The translations under genes were made by a program, and so were the position numbers. The notes under the pieces are model-generated. The model saw only the letters and a program-made list of their open reading frames with translations. It was not told the origin of the DNA and searched no databases. 38,529 nucleotides of DNA from a virus (Duplodnaviria > Caudoviricetes), in IMG/VR virus record IMGVR_UViG_3300011422_000010, positions 1 through 38,529 of that record; one strand, 5' to 3'. Positions 17,795 through 25,315 of the stretch are shown piece after piece. Each line of letters begins with the position of its first letter. Positions within the stretch are counted from its first letter, which is position 1.

Positions 17795-17989
17795 TTAGAC
17801 GGTCCCCGGCGGAACGAGCTTGGTGAAGCGCAGGCCGCGGTGCTTCTTGGTAGCCGCGCTTTTGCCCTGGAGGTACTGGTCCGCCTGGATGAGCTCGTCA
17901 AGCGGTCGTTCCTTGACGTTCCCTTCGTCGGTCGTCACCTCGGCTGGCGTCGCGGCGGCGGTCTCAATCGTCTCGGAGAGATCGGGCAT
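17795..17989 (-). CDS. gpW-like head completion protein
   Basis: 64 aa abutting the portal start; LDELIQADQYL...KLVPPG. Confidence 0.7.
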   Translation of the reverse strand: MPDLSETIETAAATPAEVTTDEGNVKERPLDELIQADQYLQGKSAATKKHRGLRFTKLVPPGTV

Positions 17990-18142
17990 TGCATCGGTAT
18001 CGGCGAGAGCGCCAGCTGCGCTGGAGGGGCCGGATTGCTACCGGTAGCAGGATTTCCCAAAAAACTTCGCCGCCCAAGTCCAAGGCGGGCGTCGGGTTCG
18101 CCCGAACCCCTTGGAAAACGCCACTTTCTGGCCGTTTCGCGC

Positions 18143-18170
18143 TTGACGCCCCGGCCGGGCGTGCTAAGAT
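18143..18170 (+). promoter_or_regulatory. Sigma70-type promoter of the moron
   Basis: TTGACG-16 nt-TAAGAT with an extended -10 TG. Confidence 0.7.
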
Positions 18171-18172
18171 GT

Positions 18173-18207
18173 TTAACGTAACGATTAACGTAACGTCTAA
18201 CGCAAAG
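18173..18207 (+). repeat. Three 12-bp-period direct repeats (TAACG operator array)
   Basis: TTAACGTAACG-A-TTAACGTAACG-T-CTAACGCAAAG, lying between the -10 box and the RBS. Confidence 0.75.
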
Positions 18208-18216
18208 GAGTCTCCG

Positions 18217-18318
18217 ATGTCCGAAGTCCTCTACTTCATTGGCTGCATGATCGTGGCCAGCGTCCTGGTGTCGCTGTCCTACCGCGTGGAGCGCTGGGTG
18301 CGGCGGAACCTGTCGTAA
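18217..18318 (+). CDS. 33-aa single-pass membrane peptide
   Basis: AAGGAG RBS; MSEVLYFIGCMIVASVLVSLSYRVERWVRRNLS. Confidence 0.65.
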   Translation: MSEVLYFIGCMIVASVLVSLSYRVERWVRRNLS

Positions 18319-18357
18319 GGGTGAGCAACCATCTTCCAAGGCAAATGGGGTGCAACG

Positions 18358-19206
18358 ATGGCCGTCAACGTGAACGAACTGACCTACGGGGTGGAGATTG
18401 AGTGCTACGTGCCCGACGAACTGGTGCGGTCGGGGCGCATCCGCATCGGGGCCTATCACCACGGCAACCAGGTGACGGAACTGCCGGCCGGCTGGAACGC
18501 GCAGCACGATGGGTCGCTCGGCGGCCGTCGCGGCCGGCAGGGGGTCGAGATTGTCAGCCCGGTCCTTGCCGGCGCGGAGGGGCTGCGGCAGATTCAGCAG
18601 GTCACCAAGTGGCTGCGGGAGATGGGAGCCACGGTCTCCGTCCGCTGCGGGTTCCACGTCCACGTCGGCTTCGCCGAGAAGCGCGATCGGCTCGACACCC
18701 TGGTGGCGCTGGCGAGCAATTTCGAGGGCTGTCTGTACGCGAGCACGGGCACGAAGCGCCGGGAGCGGGGCGGGTTCTGTCACTCCATCCAGCGCTCCCC
18801 GTCGCACCAGCAGCGCCGCTACGAAGGGGTCGGCCGCTATCACGTGCTCAACGTCCGGCCGCTCCTGGACGGCACGAAGCCCACGGTCGAGTTCCGGGCC
18901 TTCGCGGGCACGCTCGACAGTGGCAAGATCATTGCCCACGTGCGGCAGTGCCTGGCGCTGGTCGAGAAAGCCTGCGAGACCAAGCGCCGGCCGAAGTGGA
19001 TCGCCAAGGCCACCGTCCCCACCAGTCCACTGGCCCGCAAGGGCAAGGGCCTGTCGGCCCTCACCCGGTTCCTGTACCGCATGGGTTGGACGCGCGGCCA
19101 GGCGAAACACGTCTACGGCGCGGTCGAAGGGGAAGGGCTCCCCAGCATTGAACAGTCCAAGAAAGTCCTGCGGCGGCTGGCCCGCAAGTATGACCAGCAA
19201 ATCTAA
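18358..19206 (+). CDS. Putative amidoligase (COOH-NH2 ligase, Amidoligase_2-like)
   Basis: TYGVEIEC, HDGSL, EIVSPVL, CGFHVHVG, RYHVLN and TVEFRAFAGT motifs. Confidence 0.88.
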   Translation: MAVNVNELTYGVEIECYVPDELVRSGRIRIGAYHHGNQVTELPAGWNAQHDGSLGGRRGRQGVEIVSPVLAGAEGLRQIQQVTKWLREMGATVSVRCGFHVHVGFAEKRDRLDTLVALASNFEGCLYASTGTKRRERGGFCHSIQRSPSHQQRRYEGVGRYHVLNVRPLLDGTKPTVEFRAFAGTLDSGKIIAHVRQCLALVEKACETKRRPKWIAKATVPTSPLARKGKGLSALTRFLYRMGWTRGQAKHVYGAVEGEGLPSIEQSKKVLRRLARKYDQQI

Positions 19207-19212
19207 GCGACA

Positions 19213-19253
19213 GGTGATGCAGAGTGGTGCACGGTGCACCACTCTGCATCACC
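19213..19253. repeat. 41-bp palindrome (perfect 20-bp arms, 1-nt centre)
   Basis: GGTGATGCAGAGTGGTGCAC-G-GTGCACCACTCTGCATCACC. Confidence 0.9.
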
Positions 19254-19275
19254 CGCACCACGAGAGGAGATGTCC

Positions 19276-19707
19276 ATGCCATACCAGAGAAACTACCCCG
19301 CGACCGTCGTCGAGGTCCTCGCCGATCGGAAGTACAAGCCCGAAGTCCTGCGGGCGCTCAGGGCGTTCCGGCGAGCGAAGGCATGGCGGGGCACGGTCGG
19401 CCAGCGCACGCAGCGCTTCGCCGAGTTGCACCGGGAGCTGTGCCGCATTTACCGGCGGTCCACGGCGCTCTACTTCGAGCCAGGCCCCGGCGACAGCGGT
19501 TCGAGCTGCTACGTGCCGGTGCGGGACCAGATCATCCTCCGCGGCCGACTCTCCGTGGTGACCTATCTCCACGAATTCGCGCACGCACTCGGCAAGGACG
19601 AACGCGGGGCCTGCGCCTGGTCGATCAATCTGTTCCGGCGCATCTTCCCGCGCTCCTATGCACGCTGCGAACACGTGCGGCACACGCTTGTTAAACGAAA
19701 CGTCTAA
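19276..19707 (+). CDS. Small zincin-like metallopeptidase
   Basis: TYLHEFAHAL (HExxH) with a downstream Glu; GAGGAG RBS 6 nt before the ATG at 19276. Confidence 0.75.
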   Translation: MPYQRNYPATVVEVLADRKYKPEVLRALRAFRRAKAWRGTVGQRTQRFAELHRELCRIYRRSTALYFEPGPGDSGSSCYVPVRDQIILRGRLSVVTYLHEFAHALGKDERGACAWSINLFRRIFPRSYARCEHVRHTLVKRNV

Positions 19708-19725
19708 CCTACACTGGAGACCATC

Positions 19726-20457
19726 ATGTGCGGAGTGTTTGGATTCGTGGCCCGCGACGGCAAGGGGCCGGAGCTGGGCCGGCTCAAGCGGATTGCCGCG
19801 GCGACCATGGCGCGCGGCCCGCACGCCTGGGGCATGGCCTGGATTGACAGCCGCGGCCGGCTCAAGTGCTTCAAGCAAACGGGCCGGATCGTCGATGCCC
19901 TGGGGCTGCTCGCCATGGCCGCGGACGCGCGCATGCTCATCGGCCACTGCCGCTACGCGACCCAAGGCGCGCCGGAGAACAACCTGAACAACCACCCGCA
20001 CCCGGCCGACGGCGGCTGGATCGTCCACAACGGCACGATCCCCGACTACCGCGGGATCATCGAGGCGGAGGAGCTGTTCCCGGTGAGCGATTGCGACAGC
20101 GAGGTCCTGGGGCTCCTGATCGAGAAGGGCTCTGGCTCGCTGCTCGGGCGCTCGATCTGGGCCGCCCGTCACGTGCGCGGGCCGCTGGCGCTCCTGGGCC
20201 TGTGGAGCCGGCCGGCGCGGCTGGTGGCGCTCAAGGCCGGCAATCCGCTCTGCCTGGGCGTCGAGGCGAAGCGCTACTATCTGGGCAGCCTGCCCGACGG
20301 GCTGCCGGGCGAAGTGCGGGCCTTCAAGGACGGCCAGGCCCTGGAGTTCACGGCGTCGAAGACCCACGTGCAGGAGTTCGCCGGCTCGCGCGCGAGCCGG
20401 CCTCAACGCGAGGGAGAGACATGGCCTTCAAGCGCGAGGCGCGGATTGTGGGCATGA
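19726..20457 (+). CDS. Class II glutamine amidotransferase (Ntn hydrolase)
   Basis: MCGVFG (Cys2 nucleophile), RGPHAWG, GHCRYATQG, NNHPH, HNGTI, CDSE. Confidence 0.9.
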   Translation: MCGVFGFVARDGKGPELGRLKRIAAATMARGPHAWGMAWIDSRGRLKCFKQTGRIVDALGLLAMAADARMLIGHCRYATQGAPENNLNNHPHPADGGWIVHNGTIPDYRGIIEAEELFPVSDCDSEVLGLLIEKGSGSLLGRSIWAARHVRGPLALLGLWSRPARLVALKAGNPLCLGVEAKRYYLGSLPDGLPGEVRAFKDGQALEFTASKTHVQEFAGSRASRPQREGETWPSSARRGLWA

Positions 20458-20639
20458 TCGGCGTGCGCGTGAGCGCCGCCGAGGACGAGCTCCTGGAGGG
20501 CCTGGCCCGGGCGCTTGAGCTCCGCGGCAAGGCGGACGTCTTCCGCGCCGCGTTCGACTTCTGGCTGGCCGAAAGCCGCGAGGCCAAGCAGGCGGTCGGG
20601 GTCCTGGAGAAAGGATCGAAGAGGAAGCGCGGGAAGTGA
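20421..20639 (+). CDS. Ribbon-helix-helix (CopG-like) regulator
   Basis: GGGAGAG RBS; IGVRVS strand, EDELLEGLARAL helix, KADVFRAAF helix; 72 aa. Confidence 0.7.
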   Translation: MAFKREARIVGMIGVRVSAAEDELLEGLARALELRGKADVFRAAFDFWLAESREAKQAVGVLEKGSKRKRGK

Positions 20640-20700
20640 TCCACAGATTTCGCAGATGACGCAGATTCTGAATCGGCGGAATCTGTGTAATCTGCGGATC
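20638..20700. repeat. REP-like inverted repeat built from 9-bp units between convergent genes
   Basis: CCACAGATT-TCGCAGATG-ACGCAGATT facing AATCGGCGG-AATCTGTGT-AATCTGCGG; outer 20-mers match 17/20. Confidence 0.7.
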
Positions 20701-20923
20701 AGATGGGCAGCTTGCCGTCGGGCGTGGCGGGGTCGAAGGGCCGGCCCTGCGCGTCCACACAGAACGTGAGCGCGACTTCCTGCCGGGTGCCGAACATCTC
20801 GACCTGCATCAGGCACTCGTCGCACTGGTACGAAGGAAAGATGCGGTCGCCGACCGTGAGCTCGCCGGCGGGGGCGAGCGGGCGGCCGCACTTGGGACAG
20901 GGAACCGTGTTGGCCGTTGCCAT
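20699..20923 (-). CDS. Small zinc-ribbon protein
   Basis: MATANTVPCPKCGR...YQCDEC; 74 aa; no clear RBS. Confidence 0.55.
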   Translation of the reverse strand: MATANTVPCPKCGRPLAPAGELTVGDRIFPSYQCDECLMQVEMFGTRQEVALTFCVDAQGRPFDPATPDGKLPI

Positions 20924-20935
20924 TAGGAGAGTTGT

Positions 20936-21481
20936 ATGAAGGCCATCAGCTTGTGGCAGCCGTGGGCGTCGCTGGTCGCATGCGGGGCCAAGCGCTTCGA
21001 GACGCGCTCCTGGCCGACGCGCTATCGCGGGCCGCTGCTCATTCACGCGGCGAAGAAGGTGGTGCCATCTGACGTGATAGCTGCAATCCTGGACAGGAAG
21101 TTTTTAACGGGAGCTGTCAGCGACGAGCGCGCGTGCATAGACCGCGCGATGCATGACCTGGGGGCACCGCAGGGAAGCGAACGCGAATGCACACTTTCGT
21201 CCGAGTTCTGCCGGGCGCTCCGCGACGTCGAGCAGCCGCTACCACACGGCGTGCTCCTGGCGGTGGTGGAGCTAGTCGACTGCCGGCCGGCGGCGGAGGT
21301 GGCGCTTCACGTCTGCGACCAGGAACGGGCTTGCGGCGACTTCGGCCCGGGGCGGTTCGCCTGGGAGCTGGCGGGAGTACAGGCGCTCGCACTCCCCATC
21401 CCCTTCCGCGGGGCGCAGAGGTTATTCGAGGTCCCCGACGATGTACTGCAGCGCGCATTACAACTGAGGGCGTCAGCCTGA
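20936..21481 (+). CDS. ASCH domain protein
   Basis: MKAISLWQPWASL...GAKRFETRSW...YRGPLLIHA...IPFRGAQRLF; AGGAG RBS. Confidence 0.9.
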   Translation: MKAISLWQPWASLVACGAKRFETRSWPTRYRGPLLIHAAKKVVPSDVIAAILDRKFLTGAVSDERACIDRAMHDLGAPQGSERECTLSSEFCRALRDVEQPLPHGVLLAVVELVDCRPAAEVALHVCDQERACGDFGPGRFAWELAGVQALALPIPFRGAQRLFEVPDDVLQRALQLRASA

Positions 21482-21694
21482 TTTGTACTGCACACCCCGC
21501 AGATCGGCTCCCGGCTTCTGTTCGTAGGTTACGATCTTCCGGCCACAGTGCCGGCACTGCCGCCGGCGGCGGATGCGGCCTCGCGGCAGCGGCTCGGTGT
21601 GGGTCACATAGAAATGCCGGCAGCCGCAGCGGGCGCAGCGCAGCCCCAGCGGTTCTTCTTCTTGCTCCGTTGGGTTGGTGGCCTCTTCGCTCAT
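21473..21694 (-). CDS. NrdR-N/Ogr-like zinc-ribbon protein
   Basis: CARCG...IRRRRQCRHCG...TYE; TGATG overlap with the terminase stop. Confidence 0.75.
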   Translation of the reverse strand: MSEEATNPTEQEEEPLGLRCARCGCRHFYVTHTEPLPRGRIRRRRQCRHCGRKIVTYEQKPGADLRGVQYKSG

Positions 21695-23910
21695 CACAAG
21701 TCCCCACGGGCCCGGGCCGCGCGGACCTGATCGCTCCAGCGCACCCGTTTCTTCTTCTGGCCCTTGGCCGGCGTGGCTTCGCCGGCGATCAGCGTACAGC
21801 CCTGCATCGACGCGCCGACGGCGGCGCCCACCAGGCAGTCGAAAAAGTGATTCTCGCGCCGGCCGGGGCGGAGCTGCCACTCGTGCACCGTGCGGCCGCG
21901 GCCCTTGGTCTCCTCCCAGTATTCCGCCGTGAGATGGTCGAGCAGGACCTGGTGGGCGCGTTCCTCGGCCCGGCCGAAGAGGGTCAGGGCGCCGCGATCG
22001 CCGGCGGCCTGCTGCAGCCGGGATGCGACAAAGGTCTTCCAGTGATTGGTGTCGATCTGCAGTTGCCGGCTGGCGCGCTTCGAGCCCGCGGCCGGTTTGA
22101 GTAACCAGTGCGTGCCGAGCTTCTCCCCCTCGCGCGGCTTGTAGTCGGCGAAGGACATCGACCGGGCCCCGACGCCGAAGCCCTTGGACGGCAGCACCAG
22201 CGCCTTCTGCGCCTGCTCGAGCTGCCGGCAGAAGGCGAAGATCGTGTCGGTCCACTTGCCGCTATCGACTAGCAGCCGCTCGATCCCCAGGGTGACCCCG
22301 TCCTCCCGGCGAAACTCGCGAGCGAGCAGGGCGGGGACGAGGTGCTGCAAGCCCTTCAGGATCGCCCCTTCGACGCCGGCCCCCGGGGCGTTGCGCGCCA
22401 GCGTCCGCTGCGCGTCGGCTGCGGTGAAGAAGCGCACCCCTTGCTCGGGATAGGTTCCGTAGTCGATGACCGCCCCGGTAAAGTCGTCGGCCCAGCCGGC
22501 GACCAGCCAGTAGAGCAGCCGCTGCTGCACGTCCACGAACGCGGTCAGGTGCGTGCACTTGAGCGGGATGACGCCGCGGGCCAGGCCGCTCGTCTGGCCG
22601 GCGAGCTTCTCGGGGTCGAGCTGCCCTTCGGCGCCCAGCCGCTTCTCCTCGGGTTCGTTCTGGTATTCGGCCGCGAACGCCGCCCGGCCGAGCGAGAAGA
22701 AGAGGTTCATGGCCGACTGCAGGGCGGACAGCTCGCCCGGCTTCATGCGCTCCGGCCAGGAGACCTGGGCGCCTTCGTCCATCAGCCCCCGGCGATCGCG
22801 GTAGAAGGCGGTGGCCTGGCCGCCGTCGCCGCCGTTCCTGATCTCGTCGCAGCGGATCGACCAGTATTGCTCCCAGAGCTGCATGTTCTTGGGGAACGCC
22901 GGCAGCATCTTGAAGCGCCGCTGTCTCCAGCCCGTGTGCCGGGCGGAATCGAGGTAGCGGTGCATCAGGTCGCCGACGGCGATCACCGTGCCGGCCATGA
23001 GCACGGCGATCTCCCGGTCCGGGCCGGCCAGGCCGAGCACCGCCTGGTCGATCGTCTCCTCGCGCTTGCTGGTCTGCGTCTGCGACGTGGCCGAGGCCTC
23101 GGTCTGCGGGTCATCGAGGAGGACGAGCGTCGGCCGCACCAGCCGCTTCTTGCGGCCGCGGATGCGGCCGGTGATGCCGGTCACGCGGATGATGGCCCCG
23201 CTGGCCGGCGAGCCCTCGATCGAAGGCAGCGTGATCTCTTCCTTGGTGATGGCGATCCGGGTGCGCTTGCCCCGGTAGAGCTGGCCGGCCGCGCGGTTGG
23301 CGATCCCTTCGAGGCATTGGATCGGATAGCACACCTCGGGGAAGTCCGCGGCCAGGAGCTCGTTTTCCTCGAGCTCCCCCTTGATGCTGTCCAGCATCTC
23401 GACGGCGTGCCCCTTCGAGCTGCCGATGAGCTGCACGAACGGGTGCAGCCCCTGCATGGTCGCCTTGAGCACGCCGGTTTCGAGCAGCGACGTCTTGCCG
23501 AAGCCGCGCTCGCCGGCGAAGGCCTCCTTGCCGCCGCGCTGGATGACCTCGTCGAGGTCCTGCATCAGCTCGATGTGGGTCCGCGACCAGCCCAGCCGGA
23601 AGCGGCGGGGGAAGTACGTCTCGTTCCAGAGGCGCATGCTGGACAGCGCCCGGGCCCGGCGTTCGGGGTTGGCCACGGGGGGCAGCTCGCCGATGTCGCG
23701 GCCGGCGCGCGAGGCCGAACGCCGGCGGGCCGCGGCCTCGGACTTGATCTTCTCGTACCGGGCGGCGCCATCGCCGGCGGCGGGCTCGGGATCCTTGTTC
23801 CCCTTGAGTCGCCAGAGCTCGCCGCGGACGAACTTCAGCTCCGCCGGCGTGAGGGCGCCGGGGTCCTTGCGGAGCAGCTCGAACAGTTCCTTGAGGGTGC
23901 GTTTCGCCAT
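21694..23910 (-). CDS. Terminase large subunit (GpA-type)
   Basis: ERGFGKT Walker A, VLLDDPQ Walker B, FVDVQ and NHFFDC nuclease motifs; 738 aa. Confidence 0.92.
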   Translation of the reverse strand: MAKRTLKELFELLRKDPGALTPAELKFVRGELWRLKGNKDPEPAAGDGAARYEKIKSEAAARRRSASRAGRDIGELPPVANPERRARALSSMRLWNETYFPRRFRLGWSRTHIELMQDLDEVIQRGGKEAFAGERGFGKTSLLETGVLKATMQGLHPFVQLIGSSKGHAVEMLDSIKGELEENELLAADFPEVCYPIQCLEGIANRAAGQLYRGKRTRIAITKEEITLPSIEGSPASGAIIRVTGITGRIRGRKKRLVRPTLVLLDDPQTEASATSQTQTSKREETIDQAVLGLAGPDREIAVLMAGTVIAVGDLMHRYLDSARHTGWRQRRFKMLPAFPKNMQLWEQYWSIRCDEIRNGGDGGQATAFYRDRRGLMDEGAQVSWPERMKPGELSALQSAMNLFFSLGRAAFAAEYQNEPEEKRLGAEGQLDPEKLAGQTSGLARGVIPLKCTHLTAFVDVQQRLLYWLVAGWADDFTGAVIDYGTYPEQGVRFFTAADAQRTLARNAPGAGVEGAILKGLQHLVPALLAREFRREDGVTLGIERLLVDSGKWTDTIFAFCRQLEQAQKALVLPSKGFGVGARSMSFADYKPREGEKLGTHWLLKPAAGSKRASRQLQIDTNHWKTFVASRLQQAAGDRGALTLFGRAEERAHQVLLDHLTAEYWEETKGRGRTVHEWQLRPGRRENHFFDCLVGAAVGASMQGCTLIAGEATPAKGQKKKRVRWSDQVRAARARGDL

Positions 23911-23955
23911 GGGACTTCCTTGCCCGTCTGGAAACCTGAGCGCCCGCGCTCAGGC

Positions 23956-25164
23956 TTATTTGGAAAGCAAAGTTTCCGCGGCCGCGGCGTCGGCCGGGCC
24001 CGTATAGCGATAGGTCGAGATCGGCCGGCCGCCGAAGGTGGTCATGCCGCTGGCCGTGCGGGCCTGGGTGCCGACGTTGCGCCGGTGGCACACGCCGCGG
24101 CCGACCTCCTGCCAGTGCGCCGATCGGCGCAGCGTCCGGGCGAAATGGGCGGCCCCGGTCCCCAGGCGCAGTTCGAGGCCGGCGGCGCGATGAGCGGCGC
24201 CGAGGCGCTGTAGCAACATCATGCCCACGCCCAGGCCCTGCCAGTCGGGCAGCACCACGACGCGGTGCACGCGGCGGAGATCGTTTCGCCGCGCGTGCGG
24301 GAAGTTGAGGATCGCCGCGAACGCGACCGGCTGGCCGTCGATCGTCAGCACGAAGGCCCGGCACCCGGGCGACAGGTCCGCGCTCATGTAGTGGTGCAGC
24401 CGGAACAGGCGCCACACGGCACGGTCCGCCGCGTGGATCTCGCCGGCGAGCCGCGGCCGCGGGCCCGGAAGCCGCCACTCAAATCTCCACGGGCAGCCGG
24501 CGGCCGAGGGCGACGGCTCCCCGGCCTGGTCGAAAGGGCGCTGGCCGGCCGACCTCCGGATGAAGAGGAGCTCGCCGCCGCCGGGCTCCAGGATCCAGTC
24601 GGGCTGCAGCCAGTCGATGACGTCGTAATGACAGGTGACAGCGACAAAGCGTCGGCCGTTCTTGCGGACCCACTTCTGCACGGCGTGCGAACCGATCTTG
24701 GCGACCTGGCGATCGACGACCGAGGTGAACTCGTCGAGCACGATGGGTCGGTCCGCCGGCGTCTCCAGCAGCCGGCGGGCGATCTCGACGCGGAAGCGCT
24801 CGCCGTTCGACAGCACGCGGTAGGGCCGCATCCAGGCCGGCACCGTGTTGAAGCCGACCGCCTGGCACACCGCCGAGATCTCCTCCATCGACAGCCGCTG
24901 GTCAAAGTCGTCAACGACGCTCTTGCCGGTCCATTCGAGAGGCGGAGGCTCGCCCCAGACGTGCCGCATGACGCTCGACTTGCCCGAGCCCGACGGGCCC
25001 ACGATGAGGCCCACGCTCCAGGGCCTGGTCGGGTCATCGATGGGCAGCTCGCCGGCGAAGCGCAGTTTCGCCTTCTCCGCCGGCGGCACGTCGAACATGG
25101 CCGCGAGCTGCTTGACCCGCGCGGAGCGCGAGAGATCGGTTTCGAGGGCGAAGTCGATGTGCAT
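23956..25164 (-). CDS. ABC ATPase-GNAT acyltransferase fusion
   Basis: GPSGSGKS, LSNGE signature, VLDEF, TCH; then HHYMS and RVVVLPDWQGLGVG (acetyl-CoA-binding loop). No transmembrane partner. Confidence 0.88.
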   Translation of the reverse strand: MHIDFALETDLSRSARVKQLAAMFDVPPAEKAKLRFAGELPIDDPTRPWSVGLIVGPSGSGKSSVMRHVWGEPPPLEWTGKSVVDDFDQRLSMEEISAVCQAVGFNTVPAWMRPYRVLSNGERFRVEIARRLLETPADRPIVLDEFTSVVDRQVAKIGSHAVQKWVRKNGRRFVAVTCHYDVIDWLQPDWILEPGGGELLFIRRSAGQRPFDQAGEPSPSAAGCPWRFEWRLPGPRPRLAGEIHAADRAVWRLFRLHHYMSADLSPGCRAFVLTIDGQPVAFAAILNFPHARRNDLRRVHRVVVLPDWQGLGVGMMLLQRLGAAHRAAGLELRLGTGAAHFARTLRRSAHWQEVGRGVCHRRNVGTQARTASGMTTFGGRPISTYRYTGPADAAAAETLLSK

Positions 25165-25186
25165 GGGCTTCCGGATCTGAAGAATG

Positions 25187-25310
25187 TGGCTGGCAGGCGG
25201 GATTCGAACCCGCGTTACGCCGGTCCTCCGCTAGCACCATGCGTCCGGCTTTGCCGCTCGCGCGACTTTCAGGCTCTTCCGTTTAGGTGCTTCCTCGCCC
25301 ACTGCCAGCC
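25187..25310 (-). ncRNA. tRNA-like structured RNA (124 nt)
   Basis: 9-bp terminal stem GGCTGGCAG/CTGCCAGCC plus A; canonical T-arm GCGGG-TTCGAAT-CCCGC; GNRA hairpin GTCGC-GCGA-GCGGC; no recognisable D or anticodon arm. Confidence 0.65.
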
Positions 25311-25315
25311 GGCAG

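Noticed and set aside
23956-25164. ABC transporter
   Set aside because: No membrane or substrate-binding subunits; the ATPase is fused to a GNAT domain.
25240-25280. Hammerhead ribozyme or c-di-GMP riboswitch
   Set aside because: CTGAAAG/CAAA deviate from the CUGANGA/GAAA core, and only a GCAAAGCC fragment resembles the riboswitch.
25187-25310. tRNA-Sec or a canonical tRNA
   Set aside because: No TCA in the RNA and no D or anticodon stem; CTGAAAG resembles an anticodon loop but has no closing stem.
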